A DNA stretch of 24,000 bases from Nitrososphaeria archaeon (GCA_029775965.1 JARVJU010000003.1:1-24000), one strand, 5' to 3'; positions 1-7,135 are shown, counted from the stretch's first letter. The notes: generated by a model not told the origin, from the sequence alone. Translations and numbers: made by a program.

Positions 1-386
1 AAGGATATTGAACCTTTTTCCTGTTTGAACTATTTTAAAACCAAATTGAGGATAAGTAAGTGAAGCTTTTGAACCAACACTTACCTTTAAATCTCAGCCT
101 TCCAACCTTCTTTCCTTTTTTTCTTGAGCTTGGATAATGTCTTGAGATTCCAAAATAGACTGTAAACTTCGTTTTGTAAGACTTGGGAATAAACACCTTT
201 TAGGTTAGGATATTTTTCCTTTAAGGAGAGTAGTTGATGTTCCAATGCGTATTTGTCAGTTTTCTCCTGGTTATTCAAATCATTAAGCATTTGATTGTAA
301 ACAAACCTACATTTATCAAGCATCCATAGCAATTTCTGTTCTTGTTCTTCGTTTGGATATAGCTTGAACTTGTATGTTAGTCGCAA
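1..386 (-). pseudogene. tnpB: IS200/IS605-family tnpB (OrfB) 5' portion, frameshifted, running off the left edge of the window
   Basis: ORF 87..386 (TTG at 386) reads RLTYKFKLYPNEEQEQKLL..CRFVYNQ, a typical TnpB N-terminus. It stops at 87-89. Homology continues in the +1 frame (GRLRFKGKCWFKSFTY, about 103..38) and then in the next frame (LTYPQFGFKIVQTGKRFNIL, 60..1). The conserved RFK...SFTYPQxGFK block is therefore split over three frames. Confidence 0.8.
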
Positions 387-461
387 TTACACTCTTCTCT
401 ATTCTGCTATATGCTTCTGTATTATAGGGGAAACAATATATAAATATTTTATTCGCTTCCA

Positions 462-478
462 TCCCCTTGCCAAGGGGA
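462..478. repeat. GC-rich perfect hairpin, candidate subterminal left-end palindrome of the tnpB-only IS
   Basis: TCCCCTT-GCC-AAGGGGA: 7-bp stem with a 3-nt loop, 76 nt upstream (minus-strand sense) of the tnpB start at 386. IS200/IS605 ends carry subterminal hairpins; no Y1 tnpA is present. Confidence 0.45.
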
Positions 479-491
479 CTTCCCGCTCGCT

Positions 492-1052
492 GTGTTAAAT
501 GTAAGGTTTTGTCGAAAGCCATCTACAAAGCATCTTTTTATTTATCCTTATGCAAAATATAAAATGATGGGATTGGAGTTCAATCTTGACGAAGCAGTAG
601 AAATGATACGTTCTGATAAAGAAATATTTGTCAGAGTGAATGGATCATTATTCTCCTTGCAGACAATAGGTAGGTCAGAAGAATTTCAGATTGCCTTCTT
701 CTCCTCAAGAGATGAATGCATGCATTTTCTCGACCTAGGGAAAATGGCCAATTCCATCCTTTATGAACTCTGGCCCAAAGCTAGAGTTTTGGTTTCGAGG
801 TATGGTAGATCATTAATGGTCTGGCCCGTAGAATTATCCAAGTTAGGAATGCTGATAAGAAGAATAGGAGCACCATTGACAGGAGTAAAGGTTGAAAAGG
901 AAGTCGAAGCATACGGAGAGGATATATTGCCAAGGGATCTTGCTCTTGTGTCTGTGAAAGGTTATACATTCAGATTACTTGAAAGAGGTGCACTGGGTAT
1001 CCATGACATAGACCTTGCCTTGGCGAGGGGGCTGAGGTTTGAAGGGAGCTAA
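492..1052 (+). CDS. hypothetical protein, no family confidently recognised
   Basis: Long ORF with a GTG start at 492; alternative ATG starts at 564/567 (MMGLEF...). Its 3' end overlaps the THUMP gene by 14 nt, implying co-translation. The N-terminal FCRKPS is only vaguely reminiscent of the TSRxPS start of archaeal Brix/Imp4-like proteins, which is tentative. Confidence 0.55.
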   Translation: MLNVRFCRKPSTKHLFIYPYAKYKMMGLEFNLDEAVEMIRSDKEIFVRVNGSLFSLQTIGRSEEFQIAFFSSRDECMHFLDLGKMANSILYELWPKARVLVSRYGRSLMVWPVELSKLGMLIRRIGAPLTGVKVEKEVEAYGEDILPRDLALVSVKGYTFRLLERGALGIHDIDLALARGLRFEGS

Positions 1053-1560
1053 TTTCCTTCTGACAACATACAGGGGTAGAGAAGCTGAAGCTGCAAGGGA
1101 GATAAAGGAGCATCTAGCTAGACTTGGTGATCAAGCAAGCAAGACATTTCTTACCGATGTAAATGGAATAGTGCTTGGAAATACTTCCTTGGACCCGTTA
1201 CAGGTTTCTGAAAACCTTGATTCCCTTGCGAAGAATGAGCCATGGAATATGAGACTAGTACTCAGATTCATACCCATCGAAACAGAAGTGGAGACAAGCC
1301 TAGAACAGATTGTTAAAATGGTAAAGCCTTTGCTGAGTAAGATTAAAGCGGATGAAAGCTTTAGGGTAACTGTAGAATCAAGGCATAGCACTCTAGACAA
1401 AAATGATGTTATAAAAAAAATTGCAGCACTCATAGACAATAAGGTCGACTTGGAGAATCCAGACTGGATTGTATTGGTTGAAACTATAGGCAATTGGACA
1501 GGTATATCTGTTCTAGCGCCTGAAAAGATATTTAGCTCTACGAAGAGTAAAAGAAGCTAG
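1039..1560 (+). CDS. stand-alone THUMP-domain RNA-binding protein
   Basis: N-terminal NFLLTTYRGREAEAAREI and a C-terminal FRVTVESRHS...DLENPDWIVLVETIGNWTGISV pattern typical of archaeal ~170-aa THUMP proteins. The frame opens at 1036 after a TGA, and the only start before the conserved N-terminus is TTG 1039. Confidence 0.8.
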   Translation: MKGANFLLTTYRGREAEAAREIKEHLARLGDQASKTFLTDVNGIVLGNTSLDPLQVSENLDSLAKNEPWNMRLVLRFIPIETEVETSLEQIVKMVKPLLSKIKADESFRVTVESRHSTLDKNDVIKKIAALIDNKVDLENPDWIVLVETIGNWTGISVLAPEKIFSSTKSKRS

Positions 1561-1711
1561 TTATGATCTAGTAGCAAAGATAAATACCTGTTTCTTGGAA
1601 TATGATGCCTTAGGAAGATAGAAATTTAAGTATTTACAAGTTCCAACTATGAAAAGCTGAACGTTCCTTTTTTATGGCTTTGCTTTGATTGCCTTTGGAT
1701 TTATTTTGCTT

Positions 1712-2749
1712 CTAAAATTTTGTCCATCCACTTTTGATTGCTTCAGAATATGCCGACCAGTATGGGTCCTCTGTAACTGCTACAAGCTTTCTTCCATCTT
1801 TGTCTATTACTGAACCCCTAGCCTTATCTGCTGATACTTTGCCTACCCTGAAGCTTTTTATCCCTTGCTGCTTAAGCTTTTCTTGTAACTTATCTGCATC
1901 ATCTTCTCTACAAGTTATCAAAAGTGAACCACCACTCAAGCTACGCAACGGGTCTATACCAAACATCGAGCATATCTGCTTTGTTTCTTCAGGTATATGT
2001 ATTCCTTGCAGGTCAACCCTCAGCCTTCTACCACAGGCAACAGAAAGTTCGTAAAGTGCTCCTATCACTCCCCCTTCTGTTGCATCATGCATGGATGTTG
2101 CACCATTCTTTGAAGCTAGAATGGCTTCTTTTACAGTAGAACATAGCTGTATATAGTCTATTGCCTTCCGCCACAGCCGCTTGCCTAGCTTTTCCTTCAC
2201 ATAATTTTGGAAGGAGCTAGCAAATATTGCTGTGCTCTCTATTGCGGCCCCTTTTGTCAAAAGTATAGCGTCATCAACCTTTGCGTTCTTTGGTGTCAGA
2301 TACGCATCTTTATCCGCAAACCCAAAGAGAGTAGCAGAGCCTATTATGGTTAGGTCACAGCCAGGATATCTACCTGTGTGGCCTCCAACAATAGCTATTC
2401 CTAGTCTTTTACATTCTTGACTTATAGATCTCACAAATCTCTCTATTTGATCATCTGCAAGAAAAGGTGGCAGATTATAATTCATGATGGCGTATTGAGG
2501 CATTATACCGCTAGTTGTAAAATCAGAAGCAAGATGATGCAGAGAAAGCCAGGCTGACTTTTCTGCTCCTACAAGAGGTATAAGTGATATTGGGTCGGTT
2601 GTGTAAATCAGAACTCTTTTACCATCAACAGACAAAACACCATTATCTAAGCCTATGCCAGGAGGAATGACCATAGAGGCTTTTTTCTTCCCTAGGTTTC
2701 TAAGTATAGTTCTGAATAAACTACCAGAGACCTTACCATACTTTTCCAT
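1712..2749 (-). CDS. PurM/HypE/ThiL-superfamily (AIR-synthase-related) ATP-binding protein
   Basis: 345-aa ORF with a two-domain PurM-like pattern: N-terminal GLDNGVL...TTDP, central GIAIVGGHTG, C-terminal SMHDATEGGVIGALYEL. It lacks the C-terminal Cys motif of true HypE, so its specific function is unassigned. Confidence 0.75.
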   Translation of the reverse strand: MEKYGKVSGSLFRTILRNLGKKKASMVIPPGIGLDNGVLSVDGKRVLIYTTDPISLIPLVGAEKSAWLSLHHLASDFTTSGIMPQYAIMNYNLPPFLADDQIERFVRSISQECKRLGIAIVGGHTGRYPGCDLTIIGSATLFGFADKDAYLTPKNAKVDDAILLTKGAAIESTAIFASSFQNYVKEKLGKRLWRKAIDYIQLCSTVKEAILASKNGATSMHDATEGGVIGALYELSVACGRRLRVDLQGIHIPEETKQICSMFGIDPLRSLSGGSLLITCREDDADKLQEKLKQQGIKSFRVGKVSADKARGSVIDKDGRKLVAVTEDPYWSAYSEAIKSGWTKF

Positions 2750-2764
2750 GGCAGAAATGGTTGA

Positions 2765-3352
2765 TTAGCGTGCAGATAAATTCATTGAAAGTCCTAATCT
2801 CTTGAAAGCTGGAGCGCTTGCCTTTATTATTGCTATTGCTATGGGCACATATGCCAAGTCAACTAGAGTGAATATATCAGGAAAGGCAGACCAGAACCCT
2901 TCAGCCAAGCTTGTAGGCTGACCGTATCCAAAAAGACCATAGGTGTAGAATGCCCAGTCTGGTATAAGAAATGCTATTGTTTCATAAACAGTAGCAATAA
3001 TCATAGCTATTGAGATCATCTTCCAGCTCTTGTTTCTTGCCCATCCAACTATAAGAGCCTCTGGTGCTCTGGCCCAGAGCATTCCAAAAGGATAGATGGG
3101 CGAGCCGCCCGGCCTTGTCAGTATGTTAAATGTCTCGCCAAGGAACGACCCAATTCCTGTTGCTATGAAAGCAGGCCATGGTCCTGCTAGTACGCTGAAT
3201 GCCATATAAATAGGGGGAGACCATGTAATCTCATAAAGTGGAGGAGGAAGCGGTATCACAGCTATTGTAGACACTGTGATCAGTGCTGCAAAGACAGATA
3301 TGAGAGATATCTTTACACTTCTCTTCGGAGACTTTATCTCTTCGCTCTTCAT
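2765..3352 (-). CDS. polytopic membrane protein, ECF-transporter S-component-like (tentative)
   Basis: 195 aa with 5-6 predicted hydrophobic helices. It lies 15 nt upstream of, and on the same strand as, the PurM-like gene. Coding status is solid; the family call rests on size and topology only. Confidence 0.55.
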   Translation of the reverse strand: MKSEEIKSPKRSVKISLISVFAALITVSTIAVIPLPPPLYEITWSPPIYMAFSVLAGPWPAFIATGIGSFLGETFNILTRPGGSPIYPFGMLWARAPEALIVGWARNKSWKMISIAMIIATVYETIAFLIPDWAFYTYGLFGYGQPTSLAEGFWSAFPDIFTLVDLAYVPIAIAIIKASAPAFKRLGLSMNLSAR

Positions 3353-3410
3353 AATTTAGATTTACCCCATCCAGCATATAAATCATATAATAAGTCACTT
3401 ATTTTCTTTG

Positions 3411-5045
3411 CTATAATTGCTTTGATACGTATGGGCCATCATCCTTGTAGCCCTGTCTTCTGTAGTACTCCTTCGTTCCAGTTGCTGCTATGACAAGTTG
3501 CTTCTTCAACCCGAACTCATCTCTAGATATTCTTTCGGCTTCGGCCAGCAAACTTTTACCAAGTCCTTTATGCTGTGCCTGTTCTCTAGCTTCAGGTTGC
3601 TTGCTGATAGGTACAACCTGGCCAAAGATATGCAGTTCTCTGACCAGAGAAGTCTCTGAACCTTTTATCTCAGGTCTATGTTCTTTGCCTGAAGGGATCC
3701 TCAGACGAAGGAATCCGAACAGAGAATCTGTTTCTGTATCTTCAAACGACAGAAATATCTCTCTCCCTTCTGAGGCTTCGTAATCAATCCTTTTCAGTTT
3801 AGCCTCCTCAACCCTTGGAATAACATCTATCTCTCCGCTTGCAAGTTTATGGCCTATTTCCCTGCACCTTATGCATCTGCATCTAATACCTCTTTCCATC
3901 ATCCGCATCTTTATCAACTGTCTTAGATTTCCGGCTTTTGTTCCCTCTACTATCTCTTGCTTGGGAATTTCCCTCTGTATCCTCATTATCCTTAGCCATG
4001 GAGGAACTTTGCTTTTGAATCTGCATAGAATATCTATAAGCTCCTCTTCGCTGTAGGGTGCGTACTTGCCTATCTTGTAAAGGTTGTAGAGAGCTGTCCC
4101 CTCGACTACAAGGGTAGGGTAGATCTTAAGCATATCCGGCCTGTACTTCGGGTCATCTATCAGGCTCATCAGGTCATCAATGTCTGTTTCCGGGGTTGCT
4201 AACGGAAGCCTTGGCATCATATGTGCAACAACCTTGAATGAAGAATCCTTCGCTATCCTGAAAGCCTGCACTGTATCCTCTAGGGTGTGGCCTCGGTTGA
4301 CAAATCTAAGGATATCTTCCCTCAGAGATTGCACTCCTATTTCAACTCTAGTCGCACCGTAGGACAGGAGCATATCTATATGATACTCTTTGCACCAGTC
4401 AGGTTTTGTTTCGATTGTCAATCCAACACATCTATGCAAAGCATTTTCATTATCTTTTATAGCCTGAGCAATGTCTTTTGCGCTTTTTCCGTTGAGTGTT
4501 TCATAACATCTTTTTATGAAATCTATCTGGTAATCCTGAGGCATTGCAAGGACAGTCCCACCAAGTACAATGAGCTCTATCTTGCTTACATCATGACCAT
4601 TATTCTTCAGGTTTGATATGTAATCCCTAACCTGGAGAGCAGGGTCATAGTTTCTTTCCAAACCGAATGCAGCAGCAGGGGAGTTACGCGTATAACTTTG
4701 AGGAGTGCCAAACCTCACTCCTCCAGGGCAGTATATACATGTACCATGAGGACAGCTGAAAGGCTTAGTTATCACAGTTATCACAGCAATTCCAGACCTC
4801 GTTCTGACCGACTTTCTTCTTAAAAGATATTCTAGACGCTCCGCAACGCTTGTGTCAAGGCTACTTAAAATTTCAGAGTTCTTCGGGATCTTTGTGAGAT
4901 TGTACTTTTTACAGACAGCTAACTTTTCATTCCTCAGAGTTTTTTGGTCAAGAAGCAGTGATGAATCTAGATGATTCTTAAGCTTCTCTCCTATCTCTTT
5001 TATCGCAAGTTCGTAGTTTGGGTTGCTAGCTTTCTGCAAAGGCAA
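3411..5045 (-). CDS. elp3: Elp3-type tRNA uridine(34) modification radical-SAM/acetyltransferase
   Basis: 544 aa. Radical-SAM Cys cluster CPHGTCIYCPGG, TIM-barrel motifs (IELIVLGGT, RVEIGVQS) and a C-terminal GNAT acetyl-CoA motif QHKGLGKSLLAEAE. TTG start at 5045, with no early in-frame ATG. Confidence 0.9.
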   Translation of the reverse strand: MPLQKASNPNYELAIKEIGEKLKNHLDSSLLLDQKTLRNEKLAVCKKYNLTKIPKNSEILSSLDTSVAERLEYLLRRKSVRTRSGIAVITVITKPFSCPHGTCIYCPGGVRFGTPQSYTRNSPAAAFGLERNYDPALQVRDYISNLKNNGHDVSKIELIVLGGTVLAMPQDYQIDFIKRCYETLNGKSAKDIAQAIKDNENALHRCVGLTIETKPDWCKEYHIDMLLSYGATRVEIGVQSLREDILRFVNRGHTLEDTVQAFRIAKDSSFKVVAHMMPRLPLATPETDIDDLMSLIDDPKYRPDMLKIYPTLVVEGTALYNLYKIGKYAPYSEEELIDILCRFKSKVPPWLRIMRIQREIPKQEIVEGTKAGNLRQLIKMRMMERGIRCRCIRCREIGHKLASGEIDVIPRVEEAKLKRIDYEASEGREIFLSFEDTETDSLFGFLRLRIPSGKEHRPEIKGSETSLVRELHIFGQVVPISKQPEAREQAQHKGLGKSLLAEAERISRDEFGLKKQLVIAATGTKEYYRRQGYKDDGPYVSKQL

Positions 5046-5177
5046 GGAGTACTAGAAATGCCCGCATTTAACTTAACCTATTCACCAAACCGAATTGAGA
5101 AAGTGAATTTAACTTTTTGATCCATTGCATAACCATAGTCCAAAATTGTTCTCGTTTCTTAACTTTTCTGACTGTAT

Positions 5178-5196
5178 TTTTTCCATATTCCATAGG
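5178..5196. repeat. candidate left terminal inverted repeat
   Basis: TTTTTCCATATTCCATAGG aligns with the reverse complement of 7088-7104 (TTTTGCCATATAATAGG): 14 identities with a 2-nt gap. This could be chance in AT-rich DNA. Confidence 0.35.
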
Positions 5197-5242
5197 TTGG
5201 ACAGCAGCTCCCAAATAGATAGATTGTTATAGACGTTCATTG

Positions 5243-5255
5243 ATATTTATTTTAA
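5243..5255 (+). promoter_or_regulatory. TATA-like box upstream of tnpA
   Basis: ATATTTATTTTAA is centred about 30 nt before ATG 5279, consistent with an archaeal promoter giving a leaderless or short-leader mRNA. Confidence 0.3.
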
Positions 5256-5278
5256 TGAGTGTGGAGAAGCATTATACA

Positions 5279-5897
5279 ATGAAGGAAGCCGGTAGAATTC
5301 TTGGTGTTAGCGTTAGACGGCTTCAAATTTGGGATAAGCGAGAATTAATTAGGTGTGTTAGGATGCTTGGGGGTAGGAGGAGAGTAACTGAAAGTGAGAT
5401 AAAACGTCTTCTTGGGGTAAAAGAAGTTGATGTAAGTCGTAAAGTCGTAATATATGCTAGAGTCTCTTCCTATGATCAGAAACAGAAGAGAGATTTAGGA
5501 AGGCAAAAACAAAGCTTACTGGACTATGCTGATTCTAAAGGTTATGAAGTAGTAGCAGTTCTTGAGTATGCTGCCAGCAATCTTAACGAGAATAGAAAGT
5601 CTCTGAATAAGCTTTTCGATATTGTTGAAAGGAAGGAAATTGGTGCAGTTATCCTTAGGTTTAAGGATAGGCTCACAAGGTTTGTCTTTAAATATCTGAA
5701 AAGATATTTCTCCTCTCATAGTGTTAGGATCGAAGTTATCAATGGTTATGAGCCTAAAGATGCTTATCAGGAGCATGTTGAGGACTTGACTTGACTTGAT
5801 TGCATTACTCTCAAGCTTTGCAGGAAAGCTCTATGGTTTGAGAAGCCAAAGATATGAAAATGTGATGGAAGTTGTTAAAAAGCTTATTGTTGAATGA
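5279..5897 (+). pseudogene. tnpA: IS607-type serine recombinase transposase TnpA, disrupted by a +1 frameshift at 5785-5799
   Basis: MKEAGRILGVSVRRLQIWDK... forms a MerR-like HTH, and VVIYARVSSYDQKQKRDLGRQ is the serine-recombinase active-site block. The ORF stops at 5792-5794. The canonical C-terminus LIALLSSFAGKLYGLRSQRYENVMEVVKKLIVE is read in the +1 frame (5796..5897). Confidence 0.85.
5785..5799 (+). repeat. (CTTGA)3 tandem pentanucleotide
   Basis: GAGGA-CTTGA-CTTGA-CTTGA-TTGCA. Collapsing to one copy gives GAG GAC TTG ATT GCA (EDLIA), joining the two tnpA reading frames. Confidence 0.9.
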
Positions 5898-7053
5898 GAC
5901 ATGCAGATTTAAGCTTGAACCACAAGCAGAAAATCTAGCTATATTGGATGAACTTTTCAAAAACTATTGTAAGATGGTTAAAGAATGCTTGAAAGCAATG
6001 CATCTGAACATAACTTCCCGTAAGAGACTTCATGAAGCAATATACAAGGAGTTGAGGACAGAATATCCAGACTATCCATCACATTACGTTTATACAGCTA
6101 TAACACAGGCTTTAGGAATCTTCAAATCTTATAGAAGGCTTTCAAGAAACAGGAAGAACAATAAACCACCAAGTATAAATGGCTCAATAACTATTCTCTT
6201 AGATGATACACATCTATTCTGGTTTAGCTGGGGAAACATAAAGTTAGCTACACATAAAGGACATATCATAGTTCCGTTTAAAATCCACGAACATGCAAAG
6301 TTTTATGATTGGAGTGTTAAAGGCTCCAGGCTAGTAAGGTCAAATGATGAATACTATCTTCACGTTTCTTTCAGAAAAGAAATCATTGAAGAGGAGCCTT
6401 TAGGCTTAATAGGAATAGATATCAACGAAAAAAGCATAGACTTAGCAATAGTTAAGCCAGATAAAGTTAGATTCATTAAGGTGGACATAAGCGAAGTGAA
6501 ATACATTAGATACAGATACTATAGAAAGCGAAAGAGCATTCAAGCTAAAACTTCAGGGGAAAAGAGGAAAAGGCTGTTATCGAAGTATTCTGGAAGGGAA
6601 AGAGAGAGAGTTGATGCGATACTTCACAAAGCTTCAAAGGTTATTGCTGAAATCATTGAGGAAGAGCATGTTAAGCCTGTGATGGAGAAACTGAAAAACA
6701 TCAGGGATAAGATAGACTATGGTAGGAAGATGAACAGGAGGCTTCACGCCATGCCGTTCAGAAAAATTCAGTCTTATATTTCCTATAAAGCTATGGAGCG
6801 AGGGTTTAATTCTGAAATGGTTGATGCTAAGAACACTTCCAGAAGATGCCCGATATGTGGCGAATTGAATAAGCCGAATGGGCATGTCTTCAAGTGTAGA
6901 AGATGCTACTTCCAAGCTGACAGGCATCTTGTTGCTGCCTGGAACATAGCAATGAAACGTTCAATGTGGGGTGCTTTACCGTTGCCCCCGAAAGCCCTTG
7001 ATGAACCTCTAATAATAGAGGTAAAAGGGAAGGGAAGGGATGAAAGCCTATGA
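5872..7053 (+). CDS. tnpB: TnpB (OrfB) RuvC-type RNA-guided endonuclease, apparently intact
   Basis: 393 aa. N-terminal CRFKLEPQ, RuvC-I GLIGIDINEKS (D183), RuvC-II KPVMEKLKNI (E272), zinc knuckle CPICG..(12)..CRRC (C326/329/342/345), RuvC-III FQADRHLVAAWNIA (D350). Forced TTG start (5872, or 5887/5890) overlapping the tnpA tail. Confidence 0.9.
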   Translation: MLKSLLLNETCRFKLEPQAENLAILDELFKNYCKMVKECLKAMHLNITSRKRLHEAIYKELRTEYPDYPSHYVYTAITQALGIFKSYRRLSRNRKNNKPPSINGSITILLDDTHLFWFSWGNIKLATHKGHIIVPFKIHEHAKFYDWSVKGSRLVRSNDEYYLHVSFRKEIIEEEPLGLIGIDINEKSIDLAIVKPDKVRFIKVDISEVKYIRYRYYRKRKSIQAKTSGEKRKRLLSKYSGRERERVDAILHKASKVIAEIIEEEHVKPVMEKLKNIRDKIDYGRKMNRRLHAMPFRKIQSYISYKAMERGFNSEMVDAKNTSRRCPICGELNKPNGHVFKCRRCYFQADRHLVAAWNIAMKRSMWGALPLPPKALDEPLIIEVKGKGRDESL

Positions 7054-7087
7054 ATCCCACAACGGTTTAGAATCCTTTGCTCTATCA

Positions 7088-7104
7088 CCTATTATATGGC
7101 AAAA
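7088..7104. repeat. candidate right terminal inverted repeat
   Basis: CCTATTATATGGCAAAA, the partner of 5178-5196. Confidence 0.35.
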
Positions 7105-7135
7105 GATTAATTTATGATCTTTCCCAGTAGAAGGG

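Larger units (their letters stand above)
5178..7104 (+). mobile_element. IS607-family insertion sequence (tnpA pseudogene + tnpB), about 1.93 kb; ends tentative
   Basis: A MerR-HTH/serine-recombinase tnpA overlaps tnpB in the classic IS607 arrangement. The boundaries are proposed from an imperfect inverted repeat (5178-5196 vs 7088-7104). The element sits between the divergent elp3 and cupredoxin genes. Confidence 0.65.

Noticed and set aside
116-122. A7 run on the coding strand (AAAAAAAG) as a programmed ribosomal or transcriptional frameshift site in the left tnpB
   Set aside because: The required shift is +1, not -1. A second independent frameshift (the 4-nt duplication at 54-61) follows 60 nt later, so decay is the simpler explanation.
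316-522. 68-aa minus-strand ORF spanning the tnpB start and the IS end hairpin
   Set aside because: It overlaps the bona fide tnpB N-terminus in another frame and crosses the IS end. It has no recognisable features and is likely spurious.
1131-1493. 120-aa ORF antisense to the THUMP gene. Similar antisense ORFs lie inside larger genes (1734-2420, 3490-4616, 9726-10451, 15347-16397, 17028-17610, 18130-18490, 20098-20649, 21365-21767, 23339-23566)
   Set aside because: All lie wholly inside well-supported genes on the opposite strand or in another frame. They have low-complexity or Ser/Leu/Cys-rich composition typical of shadow ORFs.
1602-1660. Possible C/D-box sRNA (UGAUGC ... CUGA about 55 nt apart) in the THUMP/PurM-like convergent spacer
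   Set aside because: The C box is imperfect and there are no convincing internal D'/C' boxes or terminal stem. A/T-rich DNA yields such matches by chance.
3353-3410. TPP or other riboswitch ahead of the S-component-like gene
   Set aside because: The spacer is only 58 nt and contains just a TATA-like box and an SD-like GGATGGGG. That is too short, and it lacks conserved riboswitch cores.
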